A DNA stretch of 32,000 nucleotides from Acholeplasma laidlawii PG-8A (GTDB taxonomy: Bacteria; Bacillota_I; Bacilli_A; Acholeplasmatales; Acholeplasmataceae). Both the position numbers and the translations under genes were made by a program. The notes beneath the pieces are model-generated. The model did not search any database. It was given only the letters and a program-made list of their open reading frames with translations, and was not told the DNA's origin. Below are positions 24,245-32,000 of the stretch, in pieces; the stretch's first letter is position 1; each line of letters opens with the position of its first letter. The stretch is from contig NC_010163.1 in assembly GCF_000018785.1 (NCBI RefSeq), positions 540,001-572,000 of the forward strand, read 5' to 3'.

Positions 24245-26197
24245 ATGATTAAAGCTTTTATTGATGATTTACAATTAATTAGATTAGAATCTACAGATTA
24301 TATTTATGATATTCATATCCAAGGATATGAAATTACTTGGTATAAAAATGATGGTGACAATCAATATTTTAAGTCGAATATCGATTTAAAATTACATGAA
24401 GTCGACCATATTTATATCAATCATCATAGATATCCATTACATATAGGATTAGTAACACTTCATAAGTCGTTTGATAAAAAATATAGATACGATGGTCCAC
24501 TTGGTGCAGTTTATACCAAGACACACACTGACTTTTATGTATATAGTCCGGTTGCTAAAGAAATATATTGTATGGTAGATGGTGCTACATATGAAATGAC
24601 CTACTTAGAAGGTGGTGCATACCATGTTAGAGTTCAAGGAGATCTTGAAGGGAAAAGCTATGCATATAATGTAAGATTAGTGGATACATTCCAAATAGCA
24701 AATGATCCATACACTATAGCAAGTAACTTAGATTCATCTGTTATTATCGATATGGACAAATTAGAACCACAATTTCATGATCATGTCACATTAAAAAAAT
24801 ATACAGATGCAGTCATTTATGAAGGTATGATAAGAGATTTAACCATTGATCTTGATGTACCAAATAAGGGTACTTTCTTAGGCGTAACAGAATACAGTGA
24901 AACTTTAAAATCATCTGTACTAGAGTATATCAAAAACTTAGGTGTTACACATTTTCAAGTGTTACCAGTTTATGACTTTTATGGTGTAGATGATGTGAAT
25001 AAAGATGAACTTTATAACTGGGGCTATAACCCGATGCAATACTTTGCAATAGAGGGTTGGCTATCAAATAATCCAAGTGATCCATATAGCAGAATAAACG
25101 AATTTAGAAAAGTAGTTGATAAAGCTCATGAAATTGGTTTAGCTGTAAATATGGACGTTGTTTACAATCATGTTTATGAACGTGCATTATTCCCTTATGA
25201 TTACTTTGTTCCAGGTTATTTTTATAGACACGATAAAAACTTTCAACAAACACACTCTGCATTTTTAGAAAATGACGTTGAAACAACCAATTATATGGTT
25301 AGACGTTTAATTGTTGATTCATTAGTTCATTTTGTTAAACACTATAAAGTAGATGGATTTAGATTTGATTTAATGGGATTAATGGATGTGGATACCATGA
25401 ATCAAATAGCTATAGAACTTAAGAAGTTAAATCCAAACATCATGCTTTACGGTGAAGGTTGGAATATGGACAATGCACTACCTAAGTCAAAACGTAGTAA
25501 CATGAACAACCAAGCAATGATGCCCGCTATTGGACACTTTAATGATTTTTATAGAAATTTATTAAAGGGTGAACTACATACAAAAGAACTTGGCTATGCT
25601 ACTGGATCTAAAGAAAAATTAGAAGATGTATTAAAAGCATTAAAAGGTTCCCCTCATATATTTAATACACCAAATAAGTCATTAAACTATGTTGAATGTC
25701 ATGACAATATGACACTTTTCGATACGTTACACTTTAACTATAAAGATAAGAAAATTAAGCATGTCTATCAAGATTTAGCAAATCACATCATCGCGATATC
25801 ACAAGGTATACCTTTCTATCATGCTGGTCAGGAAATGTATCGTTCTAAAGATGGTGTTGAAAACTCTTATAAATCACCAGATAGTATTAATATGGTCAAA
25901 TGGGAAAATTTTTCAAGTATTAAGAAATTAAGACAACTCTTAAAGATAAGAAAATCATACAAAGTATATCGTCATTCAGATTATAATGAAGATGTTCGTG
26001 CTGAAATTCATAGTGGTTACATACTTTATTCATTAAAATCTAATACGTATACACTAGATCATTACATTAAAAATGATTTTAATGAAATAAAAATACCATT
26101 AGATGGTAAACTAATATTTGGATCTAAGAATGTAAAAACACTAGATAATGAGATCTTAATCAACAAACCAGGTGTTTATATTATCAAAAGGAAATAA
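24245..26197 (+). CDS. Type I pullulanase / debranching enzyme (GH13), cytoplasmic (AmyX-like)
   Basis: 650 aa with no signal peptide. Motifs YNWGYNP, MDVVYNHV, DGFRFDLMG, GEGWN, YVECHDN. Confidence 0.85.
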   Translation: MIKAFIDDLQLIRLESTDYIYDIHIQGYEITWYKNDGDNQYFKSNIDLKLHEVDHIYINHHRYPLHIGLVTLHKSFDKKYRYDGPLGAVYTKTHTDFYVYSPVAKEIYCMVDGATYEMTYLEGGAYHVRVQGDLEGKSYAYNVRLVDTFQIANDPYTIASNLDSSVIIDMDKLEPQFHDHVTLKKYTDAVIYEGMIRDLTIDLDVPNKGTFLGVTEYSETLKSSVLEYIKNLGVTHFQVLPVYDFYGVDDVNKDELYNWGYNPMQYFAIEGWLSNNPSDPYSRINEFRKVVDKAHEIGLAVNMDVVYNHVYERALFPYDYFVPGYFYRHDKNFQQTHSAFLENDVETTNYMVRRLIVDSLVHFVKHYKVDGFRFDLMGLMDVDTMNQIAIELKKLNPNIMLYGEGWNMDNALPKSKRSNMNNQAMMPAIGHFNDFYRNLLKGELHTKELGYATGSKEKLEDVLKALKGSPHIFNTPNKSLNYVECHDNMTLFDTLHFNYKDKKIKHVYQDLANHIIAISQGIPFYHAGQEMYRSKDGVENSYKSPDSINMVKWENFSSIKKLRQLLKIRKSYKVYRHSDYNEDVRAEIHSGYILYSLKSNTYTLDHYIKNDFNEIKIPLDGKLIFGSKNVKTLDNEILINKPGVYIIKRK

Positions 26198-26202
26198 CTC
26201 AT

Positions 26203-27084
26203 ATGAAAAAATATTTTATTGGAATTGACTGTGGTGGTACAAATATTAGAATCGGTTTAGTCGATGATGATTTTGTTATTCATCATGAAGAAAAGCATCA
26301 ATCAACTAAAATTGGAAAAGATTTAAGTGGACTTATTCGCTCATATGTTTTAAAATACAAAGACAGCTATAGAATTGAAGCGATTGGTATTGGCTTTCCA
26401 GGCATCGTTGACCTTCATTCAAGACAAGTCTTAAATATACCCAACTTAAGAGCGTTTGAAGGTGACTATTTGTTAGCTTTAGAAAAAGAATTAAACATCC
26501 CAATATTTATTGGTAATGATGTCAATATATTAATGCTTTATGATGCAAAACATTTTAATATTGATCCTAATAAATCAGTTATGGGTTTTTATTTGGGGAC
26601 TGGTTTTGGTAGTGCAATTCGTATTAAAAACATGATGTATCAAGGAGATTTTGGTGCCGCTGGTGAAATAGGGCATGTGCCAATGTATTTAAGAGGTATC
26701 AAGTATAACCAAAAACAAAATGATTTAGAATCTGAAGTTTCTGGATTTAATTTAAAAGCAATCCATGAAAAGCATTTTAAAGATTCACCATTTGAAACGA
26801 TGCTTATGGATCACTTTAATCACCAAGCCATTCAAGATTATCTTCATTTATTAGCATTTTATATCACAACCCAAATGACGATATTAGATATATCCACTAT
26901 TATTTTAGGTGGTGGCGTGATTATGAGTGAGCAATTTCCAAAAGCGTATCTAGAATCTCTCATATTAAAAAACTTATTTGCAGATAAAACAAAAGAAAAC
27001 TTCAAAGTATATTATGCAGACAGTCATGTGAATTCAGGTATATACGGCGCAGTAATCTTTGCTAAACAAAACTTAGACAATTAG
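26203..27084 (+). CDS. ROK-family sugar kinase (glucokinase-like) lacking the Zn-binding cysteine motif
   Basis: 293 aa. FIGIDCGGTNIRIGLVD (ATP-binding), GTGFGSAI, GAAGEIGH. No CxCGxxGC follows the GH. Confidence 0.75.
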   Translation: MKKYFIGIDCGGTNIRIGLVDDDFVIHHEEKHQSTKIGKDLSGLIRSYVLKYKDSYRIEAIGIGFPGIVDLHSRQVLNIPNLRAFEGDYLLALEKELNIPIFIGNDVNILMLYDAKHFNIDPNKSVMGFYLGTGFGSAIRIKNMMYQGDFGAAGEIGHVPMYLRGIKYNQKQNDLESEVSGFNLKAIHEKHFKDSPFETMLMDHFNHQAIQDYLHLLAFYITTQMTILDISTIILGGGVIMSEQFPKAYLESLILKNLFADKTKENFKVYYADSHVNSGIYGAVIFAKQNLDN

Positions 27085-27108
27085 AAATAGAAAAGAGGTA
27101 TTTTTATT

Positions 27109-28107
27109 ATGAAAGTACTATTGTACTCACAAAAACAAAGTATGTTAAAAAAATCTGGCATTGGTAGAGCGTTTTATCACCAAAAACGTGCGCTAGAAGC
27201 TGTAGGTATTGAATATACTACAGACCCTAAAGACACTTACGATTTGGTGCATGTGAATATCGCGCACTCCAATAAGATTAAAAAATTCAGAAAAAAATAC
27301 CCAGTAATAGTTCATGGACACTCAACAGTGCAAGACTTTAGAAGAAGTTTTGCATTTTGGCGTGTTATTGCACCATTTTTCTACAAGCACCTACAAAATA
27401 TTTATGGTATTGCAGATTTAATTATTACACCAACAAGATACTCTAAGTTTTTAATTGAATCGATGCATGTAGTAAAATCTCCTGTAGTTGCATTATCAAA
27501 TGGTATTGATTTAGATGCTTACGAGTATAAACAAGAAAATGTTGATGCATTTAGAAAACATTTTGATTTAGAGCCTAACCAAAAAGTTGTGATTGGTGTT
27601 GGTTTATTATTTGAAAGAAAAGGTATTCACGATTTTATTGAAGTGGCCCGTACTATGCCAAATGTTACTTTCATTTGGTTTGGTAATTTATCTAAACTTG
27701 CAACCACGCATTTTATTAGAAAACGTATTAAAAATAAACCTAAAAATATGATTATGCCAGGCTACGTTGATGGTGCGGTCATTAAGGGTGCATTTAGTGG
27801 TGCTGATTGTGTGTTCTTCCCAAGCTATGAAGAAACAGAAGGTATTGTCGTCTTAGAAGGACTGGCAAGTAAAACTCCTGTTGTTTTGCGTGATATTCCT
27901 GTTTATTATGACTGGTTATTTCATAAGGAGCATGTACTAAAAGGACATAATAACTTTGAATTTAGTAAATTAATAGAAAAAGTATTACATGAAGATCAAA
28001 CAGAAATGATTGAAAACGGTTATAAGATTGTTCAAGACAGATCGATTGAAAAAATTGGTGAAGGCTTGAAACAAGCCTACCAAGAAGTTATCAAAATTAA
28101 GAGGTAA
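27109..28107 (+). CDS. GT4-family (GT-B fold) glycosyltransferase
   Basis: 332 aa. C-terminal FFPSYEETEGIVVLEGLASKTPVV (EX7E motif). The substrate cannot be read from sequence. Confidence 0.7.
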   Translation: MKVLLYSQKQSMLKKSGIGRAFYHQKRALEAVGIEYTTDPKDTYDLVHVNIAHSNKIKKFRKKYPVIVHGHSTVQDFRRSFAFWRVIAPFFYKHLQNIYGIADLIITPTRYSKFLIESMHVVKSPVVALSNGIDLDAYEYKQENVDAFRKHFDLEPNQKVVIGVGLLFERKGIHDFIEVARTMPNVTFIWFGNLSKLATTHFIRKRIKNKPKNMIMPGYVDGAVIKGAFSGADCVFFPSYEETEGIVVLEGLASKTPVVLRDIPVYYDWLFHKEHVLKGHNNFEFSKLIEKVLHEDQTEMIENGYKIVQDRSIEKIGEGLKQAYQEVIKIKR

Positions 28108-28110
28108 CCT

Positions 28111-28905
28111 ATGGAATATTTAACACTTCATAATGGTTTTAAAGTACCAGTTGTAGGTATGGGTGCAAACACATTTGGTAAAGTGAATCATGATTTTTAT
28201 GGTGCACTTGATAATGACACTAAAGAACTAATTTGGGCATATGAAAATGGCTACCGCCTCATAGATACAGCAATCGTTTATAGAAATGAAACAGTGATTG
28301 CCAAATCAATTAAAGATGCCCATCTAAATAGAAAAGATGTCATGGTTACATCTAAAATACCTACCAAAGAATTACCACTAGAAGATGATGAAAAAATTGA
28401 GGCGATGATACAATCGTCCATCAATATATTTGGAGGTTATGTAGATATCTATTTAATTCATCATCCATCCACGGATGAAATTAATTTAAAGGTCTGGAAA
28501 GCACTTGAAAGTCATTATCTAAAAGGACACTTTAAAGCAATTGGTGTATCCAATTTTAGTAAGGAGCAACTTGATTACATCATGAAGTATGCAAATATTA
28601 AACCCATGATGAATCAAATAGAATCTAATCCAGCAAACTGGCAACAGGAACTCATCTCTTATTGTAAGGCGTATGACATTGTTCCAGTAGCATGGGGTCC
28701 ACTAGATCCTGTGCCTAATAAGGATATATTAACAACCATTGGTAACCATTATGGTAAGACTTGGGCACAAATACTACTTAGACATCAAATACAAAAAGGT
28801 GTCGTTGTCATACCAAAGAGTCACAATAAATTAAGACAATTTGAAAATATAAATATCTTTGATTTCACATTATCTTTAGAAGATATGCGTAAAATAGAAG
28901 AATAA
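28111..28905 (+). CDS. Aldo/keto reductase (YvgN/2,5-diketogluconate reductase-like)
   Basis: 264 aa. IDTAIVYRNE (Asp/Tyr), TSKI (Lys), LIHHP (His), IGVSNF. Confidence 0.8.
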   Translation: MEYLTLHNGFKVPVVGMGANTFGKVNHDFYGALDNDTKELIWAYENGYRLIDTAIVYRNETVIAKSIKDAHLNRKDVMVTSKIPTKELPLEDDEKIEAMIQSSINIFGGYVDIYLIHHPSTDEINLKVWKALESHYLKGHFKAIGVSNFSKEQLDYIMKYANIKPMMNQIESNPANWQQELISYCKAYDIVPVAWGPLDPVPNKDILTTIGNHYGKTWAQILLRHQIQKGVVVIPKSHNKLRQFENINIFDFTLSLEDMRKIEE

Positions 28906-28985
28906 TTATCATTACTTATGTATTTTCACGAAAAAAAGATTTATAATGTTATAATATTAAAGTTGATATAATTTAGGAGGAAACT

Positions 28986-30269
28986 ATGAAATTTGAACAT
29001 ATAAAAAAGAATCATGTAAAATTTACTTTTACAGTAACACCTGCAGAATTTGAACATGCATTAGAACATGCTTTTGCACACATTAAAGATGATGTAGAAA
29101 TTAAAGGATTTAGAAAAGGTAAAGTAACTCAAAAAGTTTACGAACAAAAATTTGGTGAAACAGCATTATATGCAGAAGCATTAAACCACGCAATTGGTCA
29201 TAAATATAATGATGCTACACTAGTAAAAGACTTTACAATTGTTTCAGATCCAATGAATATTGATCTAGATTTCGATAAAATCTCAAGAACAGAAGATTTT
29301 GAAGTAAGTTTTGAAGTTGCAATCAAACCTGAAGTTGAAATTGAAAACTATAAAGGTGTTGAAGTTGCTAAAGTAGATACAGAAGTAACAGAAAAAGAAG
29401 TTGATGAAAACATTAACAGCCTATTAGCTCAAAATGCTATTTTAGAACCTAAAGAAGGTGCACTAGAAAATGGCGATACAGCAATCTTTGATTTCGAAGG
29501 ATTCCAAGATGGTGTTGCATTTGAAGGTGGGAAAGCTGAAAACTTCAGTTTAGAAATCGGTAGTGGTCAATTCATTCCTGGTTTTGAAGAAGGTATGTTA
29601 GGCTTAAAAGTTGGTGAATCACGCGATGTGGATGTTACTTTCCCTGAACAATACCAAGCTGAAAACCTAGCAGGTAAACCGGCAGTATTTAAAGTTGTAT
29701 TACACGAAATTAAATCTAAAAAATTAGCAGAATTAAATGATGAATGGGTTGTATCACTTAACCGTGAAGGTATCTCAACTGTTGATCAATTAAAAGCATC
29801 AATCAAAGCAGATTTAGAAGCATCTAAACAAGAACAAGCTAAAAGAGAATTAACTGATGCAGTTATCACTGAAGTAGTTAAATTAGCTAAAGTTGAAGTG
29901 CCACAATCTATGTTTGATTCAGAAATCGAAAACTTCAAGAAAAATGTTGAAGCTCAAGCTAAACAATATCAATTAGATATGGATACATTCATCCAATTAT
30001 CAGGATTAACTAAAGAATTATTCGAACAACAAGCTAAAGAACAAGCTGAAAAACGTGTACTTCAATCTCTAGTAATCGAAGCGATTGCTAAGAAAGAAAA
30101 CTTCACTGCTACACCTGAAGAATTAAGTTTGCGTTATGAAGAATTAGCAAACCATTACAAAATGGAAGTTAATGAAATTAAAAAGTATATCTCAGATGAA
30201 CTAGTAATGAATGATATCGCATTTGAAAAAGCAGTAACATTCTTAGTAGAAAACGCAGTACAAAAATAA
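28986..30269 (+). CDS. tig: Trigger factor
   Basis: 427 aa. GFRKGKV ribosome-binding motif, and a central FKBP PPIase region DFEGFQDGVAFEGGKAENFSLEIGSGQFIPGFEEGMLG. AGGAGG RBS at 28975-28980. Confidence 0.92.
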   Translation: MKFEHIKKNHVKFTFTVTPAEFEHALEHAFAHIKDDVEIKGFRKGKVTQKVYEQKFGETALYAEALNHAIGHKYNDATLVKDFTIVSDPMNIDLDFDKISRTEDFEVSFEVAIKPEVEIENYKGVEVAKVDTEVTEKEVDENINSLLAQNAILEPKEGALENGDTAIFDFEGFQDGVAFEGGKAENFSLEIGSGQFIPGFEEGMLGLKVGESRDVDVTFPEQYQAENLAGKPAVFKVVLHEIKSKKLAELNDEWVVSLNREGISTVDQLKASIKADLEASKQEQAKRELTDAVITEVVKLAKVEVPQSMFDSEIENFKKNVEAQAKQYQLDMDTFIQLSGLTKELFEQQAKEQAEKRVLQSLVIEAIAKKENFTATPEELSLRYEELANHYKMEVNEIKKYISDELVMNDIAFEKAVTFLVENAVQK

Positions 30270-30279
30270 ATATAAAAGT

Positions 30280-30306
30280 AGCCTCTGAAGCTTCAGAGGC
30301 TTTCTT
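30280..30306 (+). terminator. Intrinsic terminator after tig
   Basis: Perfect palindrome AGCCTCTGAAG/CTTCAGAGGCT (30280-30301) followed by TTCTT. Confidence 0.75.
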
Positions 30307-30340
30307 ATAACTATAAATATGATAAAAGATGGGATAACGA

Positions 30341-30367
30341 TTGGCACTCATGCATTATGATTGCTAA
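30341..30367 (+). promoter_or_regulatory. CIRCE (HrcA operator) upstream of lon
   Basis: TTGGCACTC-N9-GATTGCTAA against consensus TTAGCACTC-N9-GAGTGCTAA: 16 of 18 positions match, with exact 9-nt spacing. Confidence 0.7.
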
Positions 30368-30395
30368 TTGACAATTTTATATTATAATATATAAT
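30368..30395 (+). promoter_or_regulatory. lon promoter
   Basis: TTGACA (30368-30373), a 16-nt spacer, then TATAAT (30390-30395). It directly abuts the CIRCE element. Confidence 0.6.
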
Positions 30396-30426
30396 AAGAA
30401 TATAACCCAGAAAGGGGATCAAAGAT

Positions 30427-32000
30427 ATGGAATTACAGACAAGTTTACCCGCGATTGTTGTACGTGGTATCGTACCGATTCCTAATAATGATTTTAGAAT
30501 TGAAGTTGGCCGTAAAGTATCCCTTAAAGCGATTGAAGAGTCTGAAAAGAGTTTTTCATCTTACGTACTTATATTGGTTCAAAAAAATCCATTAATAGAA
30601 AACCCAACAGTTGCTGATATTGAAACTCATGGTGTCTTAGCTAAGATTGCTATGAAGATTAAATTACCTAATAACAACTATAAAATTAAGTTTAATTTAA
30701 TGTCTAGAATTAAAGTCAATGAGTACTTTTTAACAGATCCTTACTTTGTAGCAGACTATGAAGAATTAGAATCAAAAGTAGGGGAAATTGAAGAAGAAAC
30801 TACATTACTTAAATTAATTACTGATGAAGCTGTTGTAAATGCAAATCAGTTGTTTAATAATGCCCAAGTGATTACATCACAAATTCAATCTGGTTTATCA
30901 TCAGATAAAATGGCGGACATTTTAGCATATAATTTAAGAACTCAAGATACTGAAAAATATAAGTATCTAGCTGAATTAAATGTAAATTCAAGACTAAAAT
31001 TAATTTTAGAAGATATTAACCGTCTAAAGATGATTGCTGATTTAGAACAGCGTATTAATGAAGATGTTAAAAAGGCAATTGATGAAAATCAAAAAGAATA
31101 TTATTTAAGAGAAAAAATGCGTGCAATTCAAAATGAATTAGGTGATAAAGCTAAAAAAGAAGATGAAATTGATAAATTAAGAGAAGATATTAAGAAGGCT
31201 AAAATGCCGCTTCATATCGAAGAAAAGGCCCTACAAGAGCTATCTCGTTATCAATCAACACCTTCAGCAATGGCTGAATCTCAAATTATTAAAACTTACC
31301 TAGATTTTCTAGTTGCATTACCTTGGAATGAATCATCAACAGATTTAAATGATTTACAAAAGGTACAAGATAACTTAGATAAGAATCATTATGGTCTGGA
31401 AAATGTTAAAGAACGTATTATTGAATATCTAGCAGTTAAGATGATGACTGGTAGAAATCCACAGACTATTTTATGTTTAGCAGGTCCTCCAGGGGTTGGT
31501 AAAACATCACTTGCAACATCTATTGCAGAAGCTTTAGGTCGTAAGTTTGTTAAACAATCACTAGGTGGCGTTAAAGATGAATCAGAAATACGTGGTCATA
31601 GAAGAACTTACGTAGGCGCTATGCCTGGTCGTATCCTTAAGGGTATGAAGGATGCTGGTACAGTAAATCCTGTCTTCTTATTAGATGAAATTGATAAAAT
31701 GGCATCTGATTATAGAGGGGACCCTGCATCTGCAATGCTTGAAGTATTAGACCCAGAGCAAAATGCTAAATTTAGTGATCACTACTTGGAAGAAAATTAT
31801 GACTTATCTCAAGTATTATTCATTACAACAGCAAACTATCTTGAAAATGTGCCTGCACCTTTAAGAGATCGTATGGAAATTGTAGAACTATCTAGCTATA
31901 CTGAGTATGAAAAAATTCAGATTGCTCAAAAACACTTAGTTAACAAACAATTATCAGCACACGGTTTAGATAGTGATAAATTTACAATTGATGAAGAAAC
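30427..32000 (+). CDS. lon: ATP-dependent Lon protease (5' partial; continues past the window end)
   Basis: Open frame from ATG 30427 (RBS AAAGGGG, 30411-30417) to the window edge; it is absent from the ORF track because it has no stop. My translation gives MELQTSLPAIVVRGIVPIPNNDFRIEVGR..., KEYYLREKMRAIQNELGD, LAGPPGVGKTS, RGHRRTYVGAMPGRI, LLDEIDKM. Confidence 0.92.
   Translation, partial: MELQTSLPAIVVRGIVPIPNNDFRIEVGRKVSLKAIEESEKSFSSYVLILVQKNPLIENPTVADIETHGVLAKIAMKIKLPNNNYKIKFNLMSRIKVNEYFLTDPYFVADYEELESKVGEIEEETTLLKLITDEAVVNANQLFNNAQVITSQIQSGLSSDKMADILAYNLRTQDTEKYKYLAELNVNSRLKLILEDINRLKMIADLEQRINEDVKKAIDENQKEYYLREKMRAIQNELGDKAKKEDEIDKLREDIKKAKMPLHIEEKALQELSRYQSTPSAMAESQIIKTYLDFLVALPWNESSTDLNDLQKVQDNLDKNHYGLENVKERIIEYLAVKMMTGRNPQTILCLAGPPGVGKTSLATSIAEALGRKFVKQSLGGVKDESEIRGHRRTYVGAMPGRILKGMKDAGTVNPVFLLDEIDKMASDYRGDPASAMLEVLDPEQNAKFSDHYLEENYDLSQVLFITTANYLENVPAPLRDRMEIVELSSYTEYEKIQIAQKHLVNKQLSAHGLDSDKFTIDEE

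Noticed and set aside
28942-28972. Three TATAAT-like boxes upstream of tig (28942, 28950, and TGaTATAAT at 28964)
   Set aside because: No -35 has proper spacing for the first two, and the third would put the transcription start inside the RBS. The actual tig promoter cannot be assigned from sequence alone.
1-32000. Possibility that the window uses genetic code 4 (TGA=Trp), as in Mycoplasma and Spiroplasma
   Set aside because: glgB and the LacI gene end at TGA at positions consistent with full-length homologues, and every conserved protein is intact under code 11.

Overview
AT-rich bacterial chromosome segment (roughly 30% GC by eye) read with the standard code: TGA ends both glgB and the LacI gene, and no long ORF needs TGA=Trp. 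tig is followed directly by lon with no clpX, and lon carries a CIRCE operator. Together with the low GC, this suggests an Acholeplasma-like, wall-less Mollicute; that assignment is an inference, not proven from this window. Contents are as follows. (1) A decayed IS91-type transposase N-terminus at the left edge. (2) An OFA-type MFS transporter. (3) A glycogen/alpha-glucan gene set split into two halves: glgA-glgC at 1.7-4.4 kb, and glgP, glgB, a LacI regulator and a pullulanase-ROK-GT4-AKR operon at 18.8-28.9 kb. (4) A ~14 kb block between the halves. It holds a 2025-aa surface lipoprotein (Big_2 Ig-like arrays, two duplicated beta-helix modules, a C-terminal Amidase_2 peptidoglycan amidase), a small 4-TM protein, an HRDC-DUF4011-SF1 helicase with an apparently degenerate C-terminal nuclease fold, then DUF1294, a membrane-anchored DUF2188 protein, an SRAP peptidase, an orphan 251-aa protein and an LLM flavin oxidoreductase. 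(5) tig and the 5' 1.57 kb of lon; lon is missing from the ORF track because it runs off the window. I saw no rRNA, tRNA, CRISPR array or intact mobile element. The most unusual items are the giant amidase-bearing lipoprotein in a probably wall-less host, with its repeat architecture and upstream 20-bp tandem repeats, and the helicase/DUF1294/DUF2188/SRAP nucleic-acid cluster. All domain calls come from motif recognition by eye; no searches were run.
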